DNA of 54,243 nt from Myxococcales bacterium (lineage in GTDB: Bacteria; Myxococcota_A; Bradymonadia; UBA7976; UBA1532), in assembly GCA_947488215.1 (NCBI GenBank), contig CANLBD010000001.1, forward strand, positions 1 to 54,243. Reading direction: 5' to 3'. Both the position numbers and the translations under genes were made by a program. Under the pieces are notes generated by a model. The model did not search any database and was not told where the DNA came from. It was given only the letters and a program-made list of their open reading frames with translations. The number at the start of each line of letters is the position of its first letter. Positions within the stretch are counted from its first letter, which is position 1. Positions 7,522 through 15,731 of this stretch are shown here, in pieces.

Positions 7522-9126
7522 CTACTCTTCGATGCTGCCCTCGCCGCGTGCACGACTGATCGCGACGAGCAGCGTGCGGACTGCGGGCAAAGCGAGCGTC
7601 TGCGAGTCCATGCGCTGCACGAGCGTCTCAGCCTCGTCCACGAAGCCCAGGTCCAGCTTGAGCCGAGCGAAGTTGAAGAGCAGGCTCGACTCGCGCGGCA
7701 TGATCTGCAGGGCGCGCTCGTAGTGGTGAGAGGCGTCGTCCCAGCGCTTCGCGCGACGCAGCCGCATCCCCAGCTCGTTCAGAAGACCGACCGTCACGGG
7801 ATCGTCCTCGACCTCGGCCACACCAAAGATCGCCGGATCCAGATCGTTCTTGCTGAGCAATCGGCTGACATCGGCGGACGTCGCACCGTCGGGCGAGATG
7901 CCGAGCTTTTCGCGCAAGAGGCGCAACGTCCTCTCCTCGCCCATCCCCATCAGGATGCCCTTGAGCATCAGCGCCGTTCGGCCGTCCTGGCCGTGCGAAT
8001 TGCGAAGGCGGTCGACGAGCCGACCACGGTCCTCGTCGTTCCGCACGCGGAACATCATCGCCATCGTGAGCTGCAGGCGCATGGTCTCTTCGGGGCTCAG
8101 CGCCTGCTCGCTGGCCTCGCCGCCCGTGCGCAGCCCCTTGAGGCGGTCCGTATCGACATTTTCGTCGCCGCCGGCCGCTCGCCCATAGCGGCTGCGCATA
8201 TCCATCAGCCAGACATAGTCGACCACCCAGCCCATCTCGCGCTGCTTGAGCCCCTTGAGGCGCTCGATGGTCTCTGGGTCCATCGTGTTCTGCGCCTCGG
8301 GCTTCGCGAGCAACCCTTTGAGGCGGTCGACATCGACGCCTTTGAGGCCCTCTAACGAGGGGCCGAAGAGCGCACGCAAGCGCTCCATGTCAACCCGCAC
8401 GTCCTCCGGGTTGTTGCGCCCAAGGAGCGGGGCGAGGCGGCGGCGCGTGACCTCGTCGAGAGAGCCGTTCCAGCCCTCCTCGCTCAACAAGGCGCGCAGG
8501 CGGCGGCTGTCGGCGAGGCCCAACGCTTGATGTGCGTTCTCGACGAGTGAGTGCAGATAGGCGGCGTCCATCGGCTCGCCGTCCGTCTCGAGGCCTCGGC
8601 TGCGACGCAGGCCGTCGCGCACGCTGCTCGACAGCCCTTGCATCTCACCCCGCCAGTTTTCGTCGTCGTCCCACGCCCAGACATCGTCTGTGGCCTGCAG
8701 GAGCACCTCGGCGTGCTGGTCGAGCAGAGACTTACGCGACCGCGTCTCGCCCGTCGCCTCCCACGCCGCGAGCTCGGCCTCGACGACCTCGGGCTTCAGC
8801 GGCTCGACCAAGACGCCGTCGGCACCGAACTGGAGCGCGCGCTGCAACTCCACGAGCGGCCACTTGTGCCCGAACGCCAAGATCACGGGCCGGTCTTCAG
8901 CAGCGAGCTGCCCGAGGCTCGTCAACGCGCGCACGGCCGCGTGCTTGGGCATCTCCCACGAGAGGAGCAGCGTCGAGAAGTCCTTGTCGGCGTCGAGCAT
9001 TTCAACCACGCCCTCGTCCGTGCGCACGCCCTGAACGGCCCAGTCGCGGCTCTCGAAGCTGCGCATCAGGGCGAGCCGCGTCGGGCCGTCCTCGTGGGCG
9101 ATGAGCATGCGCTTGCGGACCTTCAC
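7522..9126 (-). CDS. receiver-like (pseudo-receiver) domain protein with C-terminal TPR-like region
   Basis: The CheY-fold N-terminus (MLIAHEDG...LLLSWEMP...PVILAFGHK...GVLVEPL) aligns to CheY VISDWNMP/LMVTAEA/GYVVKPF, with D57, T87 and K109 replaced by S, F and E. The C-terminus is TPR-like (RWDDASHHYERALQIMPRESSLLFNFARLKLDLGFVDEAE). Start is GTG 9126 (GTGA overlap) or ATG 9108. Confidence 0.7.
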   Translation of the reverse strand: MKVRKRMLIAHEDGPTRLALMRSFESRDWAVQGVRTDEGVVEMLDADKDFSTLLLSWEMPKHAAVRALTSLGQLAAEDRPVILAFGHKWPLVELQRALQFGADGVLVEPLKPEVVEAELAAWEATGETRSRKSLLDQHAEVLLQATDDVWAWDDDENWRGEMQGLSSSVRDGLRRSRGLETDGEPMDAAYLHSLVENAHQALGLADSRRLRALLSEEGWNGSLDEVTRRRLAPLLGRNNPEDVRVDMERLRALFGPSLEGLKGVDVDRLKGLLAKPEAQNTMDPETIERLKGLKQREMGWVVDYVWLMDMRSRYGRAAGGDENVDTDRLKGLRTGGEASEQALSPEETMRLQLTMAMMFRVRNDEDRGRLVDRLRNSHGQDGRTALMLKGILMGMGEERTLRLLREKLGISPDGATSADVSRLLSKNDLDPAIFGVAEVEDDPVTVGLLNELGMRLRRAKRWDDASHHYERALQIMPRESSLLFNFARLKLDLGFVDEAETLVQRMDSQTLALPAVRTLLVAISRARGEGSIEE

Positions 9127-10550
9127 GGTCTGCCCCCACCCCGCGTCAGAGCGTCTTCGAGCGCTGCGCGGCGCTCCTCGGGCCACTCCAGCAGGGCCGC
9201 GCCCAAGCGATTGACCTCGACATATGCCGGGACGACGTGCGGCCAGCGCGCTTCGAGCGCGGTCAAGTGCGCCTCGATTGTTGCGAGGTCCCCTCGAGCC
9301 AATGGGCCGGTCAACGCTTGGGCTGCAGGCGCGACCTCGGTCTGCGTGAGGGCACCACGGAGCAGGTTCAAGAGCGCGGCGCGCGAAGCAGGCTCGTCGA
9401 GCCCGATAGACTCAAGCAGCTGCACCGCCGCCCCCAGGAGAACAACGGGCAGGTTCCCGGCGAGGACTGCCGCGGTGTGCCAGAGCGGGCGGTCGCCTTC
9501 CGCGATTCGCCGGGGCGAAGCGCCAAGCGCGTGGGTCAGCCGGACCACGCGGTCGACCGCTGCGTCATCGCCCGAAATGGCACACATTGACCCCATTAGT
9601 ACCGAAGCCGCTCGTTCTGGCGCATTGAGTGATTGTAGAGGATGCCAAGCACCGAGAGAAGCGCGACCTGCGAGGGCCTGCAGAGGCTCAAGCCCCCAAC
9701 GCCCAGCGCAATGCACCACTGAGGCTCCCGGGTCCCACACCGACAGTTGCCCGATTGTTTCACAGATTGTGCCAATCTGCGAATCGGGCACGCACAACAG
9801 GATAACCTCGGCTCCGCTCAGGTCCGTGGGCCACGGTGCACTCCGCCCAGACCAACGCCCGATGACCCGCACCCCCCGCGCCTCAAAGGCGGCGCAGAGC
9901 GACCGCCCCGCGCGCCCACCTGCGCCCAACACGAAGACGCTCGGCGCAGACGCGCTCGAAGGGTCCGCACGCGTGTAAAGACCGCGCGCCGCCTCGACGA
10001 CCCGCGGGTCGACCCAACGCAATGCCTCTGCGGCGCCGCCTCGCATCGCGCTGCGGACTTGACTCGAGGAGACATCGGGCAGAGGTGGGCTCACCTCACA
10101 CGGCCGCGCTCGAATGAATCGCCTGAGCGCCGCCTCATGGCCGGGCCGGTCGAGCACGATCAGGGGCCACCGCTCAACCAACGCGTCAAAGTTGTGCCAC
10201 CGACCCGCCACCGCGAGGTTATCGCTCCCGACGACCAAGGAAAACGCGCGCTCGGGGTGCTCCACCTGCAGCGCTGAGAGCACGTCCCAAGTGTAGGTCG
10301 GACCCTCCGCCGCCTCCGCGAGTCGACGCTCGATATCGATGACTCTGACGCGCGTGCGGTCAAAGCCCGCGAGGGTCGTCTCAAGCAACCCGGCCCGCGC
10401 TTCCCAGGGCGACATTGTCTTGCCGAACGCGTGCCGGGCCGTGGGCGTGAGCCACACCTCGTCGACCCGGCTCAAGAGCCAAGTCACGGCGAATGTGTGG
10501 CCGAGGTGCGGCGGGTCGAACGCGCCCCCGTAGACAGCGACGCGCGACAT
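9123..10550 (-). CDS. nadD: nicotinate-nucleotide adenylyltransferase fused to a Rossmann/DUF2520-like domain
   Basis: The N-terminal 190 aa are NadD (VYGGAFDPPHLGHT, VVGSDNL, DVSSSQVRS). The C-terminal 270 aa have VFVLGAGGRAGRSL Rossmann, ILLCVPDSQI, and ...LTGPLARGDLATIEAHL, typical of the NADP-oxidoreductase/DUF2520 family. ATGA overlap with the upstream gene. Confidence 0.85.
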   Translation of the reverse strand: MSRVAVYGGAFDPPHLGHTFAVTWLLSRVDEVWLTPTARHAFGKTMSPWEARAGLLETTLAGFDRTRVRVIDIERRLAEAAEGPTYTWDVLSALQVEHPERAFSLVVGSDNLAVAGRWHNFDALVERWPLIVLDRPGHEAALRRFIRARPCEVSPPLPDVSSSQVRSAMRGGAAEALRWVDPRVVEAARGLYTRADPSSASAPSVFVLGAGGRAGRSLCAAFEARGVRVIGRWSGRSAPWPTDLSGAEVILLCVPDSQIGTICETIGQLSVWDPGASVVHCAGRWGLEPLQALAGRASLGAWHPLQSLNAPERAASVLMGSMCAISGDDAAVDRVVRLTHALGASPRRIAEGDRPLWHTAAVLAGNLPVVLLGAAVQLLESIGLDEPASRAALLNLLRGALTQTEVAPAAQALTGPLARGDLATIEAHLTALEARWPHVVPAYVEVNRLGAALLEWPEERRAALEDALTRGGGRP

Positions 10551-11125
10551 CAGACGCGCTCGACCCGAAGCACCTCGCCCGCAGAATCGATAAAGCGGAC
10601 CTCAAGTGCGCCATCGACCGCCTCGAGTTCAACGCCGACCAGACGGCCGTCCGGTGCAAGCCCCCCGGGTCTCAGGCGCGGTGGTGCGCCGGGCGAGGCA
10701 GCACGGTCGAGGCCGGGTCCGGGCATTGCGACGATCGACAGCGCGGCGTCACTCGGCACCTGAGACTCGTCCTGAACGACGACGACGACCTTGTCGCCGA
10801 CCTCTTCCACTTGAAACGCCCCGCGCCCCGGGCGTCGAACGAGCTCATGCAGGCGCACGTTGCGCCGCTGCTCTTCCGGCTGCGCTGGCTCCGCTCCATA
10901 GCCTTCGAGCACCGCCGTGAGGACAAAATCCGCGAACTCCGGTGATGTCCAGGGGACCTCGACCGGGAAGCGACGGTCGCGGCCGCGCATGACGGCCTGC
11001 ACCTCGCCTTGCGCCGCACCGACCGGCAAGATCGCGTCCACACCGCGCCGCTCAATCAGGGTCCACAGCAGCTCTTCGACCCGCGCGGGGGTTGCCCCGG
11101 TCGAGCCCACGACCCCGAGCTTCAA
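10550..11125 (-). CDS. hypothetical protein, possibly a degenerate YfcE-like metallophosphoesterase fold
   Basis: High-GC3 ORF coupled at both ends (TTGA and ATGA overlaps). The N-terminus MKLGVVGSTGATP...VDAILPVGAAQGE resembles MKI..iSDtHG...vD.iihaGD with the metal ligands lost. TTG start, so the boundary is uncertain. Confidence 0.55.
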   Translation of the reverse strand: MKLGVVGSTGATPARVEELLWTLIERRGVDAILPVGAAQGEVQAVMRGRDRRFPVEVPWTSPEFADFVLTAVLEGYGAEPAQPEEQRRNVRLHELVRRPGRGAFQVEEVGDKVVVVVQDESQVPSDAALSIVAMPGPGLDRAASPGAPPRLRPGGLAPDGRLVGVELEAVDGALEVRFIDSAGEVLRVERV

Positions 11126-12306
11126 GCGTACCTCAGATAGGGACGACGCGCCGACGCGAACGCCTGCGCCTCACGGTCCCACGCGGCGTAGAGGTCATCC
11201 GGGGGCGTCCCCGCATCGATACACGCGCGCCCCCGCGTGTCGCCGAAGAGAAGGTCAATCGCGAGGCGGTCCCCCACGAACTCGTAGACCTCGGTGCGCC
11301 AGACCATCGCGTCGCCGAAAAGGCGACGGATTTGCCACAGCAGGTGCAAGGTGTAGCGCAGCGGCTGAAACGCCTCGCGGTCCGTGACGTGCACGCCCAA
11401 GCCACCGATCGTCTGCCCCCCGAACTTGTGAAAGGTCGGGCGAAAATACAGAGGCCGCGAAACGACCCCGGGCAGGTCGAGCCGAGACATCGCGTCCGCC
11501 AGCTCGAACGGCTGAATGAAGGCCGCGCCGATCGTCTCGAACGGGCGCGTCGCGCCGCGCCCTTCGCTCAGGTTGGATCCCTCGATGAGGCACATCCCGG
11601 GGTACACCGTCGCCGTATCAAGCGTCGGCATGTTCGGTGAGGGCTGCACCCACGGCAAACCGGTCTCGTCGTGCCACTGCGTGCGCCGCCACCCTTCGAC
11701 CTCGATAACCTCGAGCGCTGCGCCAAAGCCTTCGCGGGCGTTCAGCAGCGTGCACACCTCGCCGATCGTCAAGCCGTGTCGCACGGGCAGCGGCCACAGA
11801 CCGACGAAGCTCAGATACTCAGGCCCCGTCATCCCGCCCTCAAGCAGGTGGCCCCCAAGCGGGTTCGGACGGTCGAGGACCATCACGCGCAGTCCGGCAC
11901 GCGCCGCCGCGCGCACGCAAAGCGCCGCCGTGTAGATATAGGTGTAGTAGCGCGAGCCGATGTCCTGCAGGTCGATGACCAGCACATCAAGGCCGACGAG
12001 GTCCTCGGCGCGCGGCGCCAAGCTCTCCTCTGTGGCCCCGTAGAGGCTGCTGACGGGCGCGCCCGTCACGGGCTCGACCGCAGACGCGTCGTCGACGGCG
12101 ATCATGTCTTGGGCGTCCGCCCAGATGCCGTGCTCCGGGCCGAAGCATCGAACGACGTTCACGCCAAATTCGCGGCAGCGCTGCGTGATGTGGACCCAGG
12201 CGCGGTCGACGCTCGCGGGGTGACACACGAGCCCGACGCGCAGGCCCATGAGGGGCGCCATGTTGCCGGCGACGAGCCGGTCGAGCCCCGTACGAACGTC
12301 GGCCAC
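11122..12306 (-). CDS. DUF1343 family protein (exo-beta-N-acetylmuramidase NamZ-like)
   Basis: GLDRL...LRVGLVCHPASV...FGPEHG...LDVLVIDLQDIGSRYYTYIYT...VLDRPNPLGG...VRHGLTIGE...WVQPSPNMP...EGRGATRPFE are the conserved DUF1343 blocks. GTG start. Confidence 0.85.
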   Translation of the reverse strand: MADVRTGLDRLVAGNMAPLMGLRVGLVCHPASVDRAWVHITQRCREFGVNVVRCFGPEHGIWADAQDMIAVDDASAVEPVTGAPVSSLYGATEESLAPRAEDLVGLDVLVIDLQDIGSRYYTYIYTAALCVRAAARAGLRVMVLDRPNPLGGHLLEGGMTGPEYLSFVGLWPLPVRHGLTIGEVCTLLNAREGFGAALEVIEVEGWRRTQWHDETGLPWVQPSPNMPTLDTATVYPGMCLIEGSNLSEGRGATRPFETIGAAFIQPFELADAMSRLDLPGVVSRPLYFRPTFHKFGGQTIGGLGVHVTDREAFQPLRYTLHLLWQIRRLFGDAMVWRTEVYEFVGDRLAIDLLFGDTRGRACIDAGTPPDDLYAAWDREAQAFASARRPYLRYA

Positions 12307-12313
12307 CGCCGAC

Positions 12314-13879
12314 TCAGTTCATCGGCACGGGCTTGAGCGTCACGCGCCCCTCGCCCGCGACGACCAAGAATCGAACCCGCGCACAGCCGATCTTGTTGCG
12401 CAGCGCGTCCGCGTTGCTCTGAATCGTCGCGCTGAACTGCTCGACGGTGGGCGTCGGCTCCCCCGCGGAGCGGAGCGCAGCGACGTACTCGGCGAACAAG
12501 CGCTTGCGATAGGCATCTTCAGTCTCGCGCACGAGACGCAGGACCTCGGGTGACAGGCCCGACTGCGCGTCCGCCGACGCCGTGTCTACAATCTTCATCT
12601 GGAGCTCGCTCGCATTCAGGCTCTCGATGAACACGCGGTCCTCGGCCCACGCCTCACCCGTTGCATGTGCGGAGCGGGCAGCGCCCCCCTCTTCCTCGTC
12701 GGGCAGCGGCCGTCCCGTCAGCTTGCAGATCATGATGTTCAGGTTCTGCGACATGCCGCCGGCGGGGTGCGTCTTGGGCGCCTCAAACCAGCGGTCCGCG
12801 TTCCCGTTGATGATCTCCAGGATGCCCTGGTCGATCTCATCGTAGTGCTTGGCATACTGCCGGAAGAAGAGCAGCACCAAGCCAATCGCGGCGAGACCGA
12901 CGAACAGCAGGATCACCGGCGCCGAATAGGCGGGCTCGACCGCCGCGCTCATGAAGCGGTCGAGGTCCCCGAACACGACGTAGCCCGCCTGCGCAGCGCT
13001 GGGGCGGCCGACGATCCGGCTCACGAACCCGAGCTGCTTTCGCTCACCCAGCGTGAACGCGACAGGCTCACGGCTGCCGGCCTTCGTCGGGAGGGCGTCT
13101 GCCTTCAACGCGGCCGTCAGGGCCGCCTCGCCGGTCTGCGGCAGGGTCGAGCTCTGCCGCACCTTGTCGCCCACGTAGTAGGCGACCTCGAGGCCCGACG
13201 CCTGGTCACGCTTCGCCTCAGCCGCCGTGAGCCAGTAGCCCACGATGATGGCGCCGAGCGTCGCCTCGCCGCGCTTGACCGGCTCGATCGCGACGACCAT
13301 CGGGGTGTCCTTCATCGTCCAGATGTCGAGCACCGAACGACCCTCATTGACCGCGGTGAGCAACGACGGGAAGGTCTTGCCGAGGTCGGCGTCTGCGGGC
13401 CCGAACCACGCCTTGTCGTCGGCCTTGGCGACGCCAACGCCGCCCCGATCGACGACGACGAAGTAGTCGGGCTTCTCGACGCGCGCATCCGCGAGGACGG
13501 GGCGAGCAGTCTCGCGCCCTTCGCTGAGCGCGACGAACTGGCCCTGCCAACGGGCGACGGCCTCGTTCATCTTCTTGTGCTGCTCGTAGAGGTAGTCGTC
13601 ATCACCGAGCGGCTTGCCGTCGGCACCGACGTACGACTCACGCGGCGCGGCGAGGACGTCTGCGAGCGCCGCGTCGTGCGCGACCTCAGCCGCGCGCGCT
13701 GAGAGCGCGTAATCATTGAGCCTGCGGCTCTGGTCGACCATTCGCTGCGCTACGCGCAGGCGGTCCCCGAGCTGGGCCGTAGCCGCCTCTTTCGCGGCGC
13801 CACTCAGATGCAGAAAGAGCGCGACCGCCGCGGTCACAAAGACCACGACGAACGAGCCGATCACCTTGCTCGAGAACAT
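12314..13879 (-). CDS. membrane sensor-like protein (TM, about 300-aa extracytoplasmic domain, TM, HAMP-like segment, uncharacterised C-terminal domain)
   Basis: TM1 VIGSFVVVFVTAAVALFLHL. TM2 VILLFVGLAAIGLVLLFF, followed by an amphipathic HAMP-like stretch. No kinase, MCP or cyclase output domain is recognisable. The stop lies 7 nt before the DUF1343 gene. Confidence 0.7.
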   Translation of the reverse strand: MFSSKVIGSFVVVFVTAAVALFLHLSGAAKEAATAQLGDRLRVAQRMVDQSRRLNDYALSARAAEVAHDAALADVLAAPRESYVGADGKPLGDDDYLYEQHKKMNEAVARWQGQFVALSEGRETARPVLADARVEKPDYFVVVDRGGVGVAKADDKAWFGPADADLGKTFPSLLTAVNEGRSVLDIWTMKDTPMVVAIEPVKRGEATLGAIIVGYWLTAAEAKRDQASGLEVAYYVGDKVRQSSTLPQTGEAALTAALKADALPTKAGSREPVAFTLGERKQLGFVSRIVGRPSAAQAGYVVFGDLDRFMSAAVEPAYSAPVILLFVGLAAIGLVLLFFRQYAKHYDEIDQGILEIINGNADRWFEAPKTHPAGGMSQNLNIMICKLTGRPLPDEEEGGAARSAHATGEAWAEDRVFIESLNASELQMKIVDTASADAQSGLSPEVLRLVRETEDAYRKRLFAEYVAALRSAGEPTPTVEQFSATIQSNADALRNKIGCARVRFLVVAGEGRVTLKPVPMN

Positions 13880-13924
13880 GAGGCCCCCTCGGTCGAAATC
13901 CCCGCACCTCGGCGGAGTCGGCGG

Positions 13925-13953
13925 AGCCTATTCGCCCACGCAGGGGGTGTCAA
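13925..13953 (-). promoter_or_regulatory. candidate sigma-70 promoter for the sensor/DUF1343/nadD operon
   Basis: The minus strand reads TTGACA-N17-TAGGCT, ending about 45 nt upstream of the ATG at 13879. It is preceded by a CCGCAG-N6-CTGCGG hairpin after the upstream lipoprotein gene. Confidence 0.3.
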
Positions 13954-13989
13954 CGGGCCGCAGGCCGCGCTGCGGGCGTCCGATGCGCC

Positions 13990-14793
13990 TCAGCGCGTGG
14001 GCTCGAAACCGACCTCAAACGCGTCGAACGTGCCGCTGAAGGTGTACGCGGGCACCAACGCTCCGCTGTCGTCGGCGACCGTGGTGTCTGGCGCTGTGTT
14101 GAACTGCGCCATGAAGGCCTTGAGGTCGGTGCGCGTCGCGGGGTTCCCGGTCACGGCATCAAAGACGGTCAGGGCGGCGTCTGCCTCGGTCACAGCGCCG
14201 CTGAACGCCCCGCACACATCTGCAGCGCAGTCGCCGTCGCGCTGCGTGAGCGTCACGCTGCGCATACGGATCACCATCTTGTAGACCGTGTGGTAGACAT
14301 AGATGAATGCGGGCGAGGCGGAGCGCCAGCCCGCGTCATCGCGCTCCAACGCGCCGGCGTAGGTCGCGAACTCGCAGGGCGTCGTTGAGCCGTCTGCCAA
14401 ATTGCAGGTGCCTGCGTCTTCGAAGGCGTAGACGTCGTCCGCGGGGTCGTCGGGCGTCTCGGTGCCTTCGGCGCGGACCGCCGAGCCGACCTCAAGCGCG
14501 CCGCTGCCGGTCTGCGGCATCCGCAACACGAGAACGATCTCCCGCTTACGGAGCGCGTCCGTGAAGAGCGCGCCGAGGACCGCGCCGGAGTCGCCCGCGG
14601 GCGCCGACATCGTGAGCGTCTCCCACTGATATGCGGTCAGGTCAGACGGCGCACCGCCGGTGTCCTGACCGACGCCGGTGTCTTGCGCCTGAGGGCCCGC
14701 GTCCACCGTCCCCGCAGGGGCGTCGCCGCCGCAGCCCGTCAGGGCGAGCGCCCCGAGGGCCAAGACACCAAAAATCCCGAGGCGAAGCTTCAT
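13990..14793 (-). CDS. lipoprotein, unknown function
   Basis: MKLRLGIFGVLALGALALTGCGG signal plus lipobox, with AGGAG 6 nt upstream of ATG 14793. The track ORF extends to 15066 into the neighbouring kinase gene. Confidence 0.7.
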   Translation of the reverse strand: MKLRLGIFGVLALGALALTGCGGDAPAGTVDAGPQAQDTGVGQDTGGAPSDLTAYQWETLTMSAPAGDSGAVLGALFTDALRKREIVLVLRMPQTGSGALEVGSAVRAEGTETPDDPADDVYAFEDAGTCNLADGSTTPCEFATYAGALERDDAGWRSASPAFIYVYHTVYKMVIRMRSVTLTQRDGDCAADVCGAFSGAVTEADAALTVFDAVTGNPATRTDLKAFMAQFNTAPDTTVADDSGALVPAYTFSGTFDAFEVGFEPTR

Positions 14794-14816
14794 CGCTGAC
14801 TCCTGTTCGTTCCGGC

Positions 14817-15731
14817 TCAGAGGGCGAAGTGTGACGCCATCTCCCCTGAACGGCGCGCGATCTCGCCCGACGTCAGCGCGAGGAGGCGGTCGAGGCTGAA
14901 GCCTTCGCACGCGAAGCTCGCGAGCACTGTCCCTGTGACCACCGCGCGCTTCATCGTGGCGAAGTCCTGGTTGCCCTCGCGGGCGAGGTGACCGATCAGG
15001 CCCGAGGCGAACGTGTCGCCCGCGCCGGTGGGGTCGACGACGTCGCGCACCGGCCACGCAGGACACACGAAGAGGCCCTCCTCGTGGAAGAGCATCGCGC
15101 CATACTCGCCCCGCTTGATGACGATCGTGCTCGGCCCCATGGCGCGCACGGCGTCCGCCGCCTTGTAGATGTTCGTCTCGCCCGAGAGCAGGCGCGCTTC
15201 GGTCTCGTTCAGGATGAACAGGTCGACGCGCGACAGCACGCGGAGCAGCGCCTCACGCTTGCCCTGAATCCAGAAGTTCATCGTGTCGAGGGCGACCAGG
15301 TGCGGGCTGTCGAGCTGGCCGAGGACCTTGAGCTGCAGGTCGGGGTCGATGTTGCCCAAGAAGAGCAGCTTCGTCTGCCGGAACTCGGGCGGCAGTTTCG
15401 GGTCAAAGTGCTCGAAGCAGTTGAGCTGCGTCTCGAGCGTCTGCGCGTCGCCGAAGTTGCTGCCATACCGACCGCGCCACCGGAAGGTGCGCCCCCCCTT
15501 CACGACCTCGAGGCCGCGCAGGTTGACGTCCCGGGCCCGGAGATGCGCGAGGTGCGCCTCCGGGAAGTCGTCGCCGACCACAGCGACCACCTGCACCGGC
15601 GCGAAGAAGCTCGCGCCGACGCTGAAATAGGACGCCGAGCCGCCGAGGCACTCGTGCCGCTGTCCCGCGGGCGTCTCCAAGCTATCGAGGGCCACGCTGC
15701 CCACAACGAGGACGGTCTGCGCGTTGCTCAC
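14817..15731 (-). CDS. PfkB-family carbohydrate/nucleoside kinase
   Basis: VVGSVALD...GGSASY..., NETEA, and the C-terminal DPTGAGDTFASG signature. GTG start overlaps the mtnP stop (GTGA). Confidence 0.88.
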   Translation of the reverse strand: MSNAQTVLVVGSVALDSLETPAGQRHECLGGSASYFSVGASFFAPVQVVAVVGDDFPEAHLAHLRARDVNLRGLEVVKGGRTFRWRGRYGSNFGDAQTLETQLNCFEHFDPKLPPEFRQTKLLFLGNIDPDLQLKVLGQLDSPHLVALDTMNFWIQGKREALLRVLSRVDLFILNETEARLLSGETNIYKAADAVRAMGPSTIVIKRGEYGAMLFHEEGLFVCPAWPVRDVVDPTGAGDTFASGLIGHLAREGNQDFATMKRAVVTGTVLASFACEGFSLDRLLALTSGEIARRSGEMASHFAL

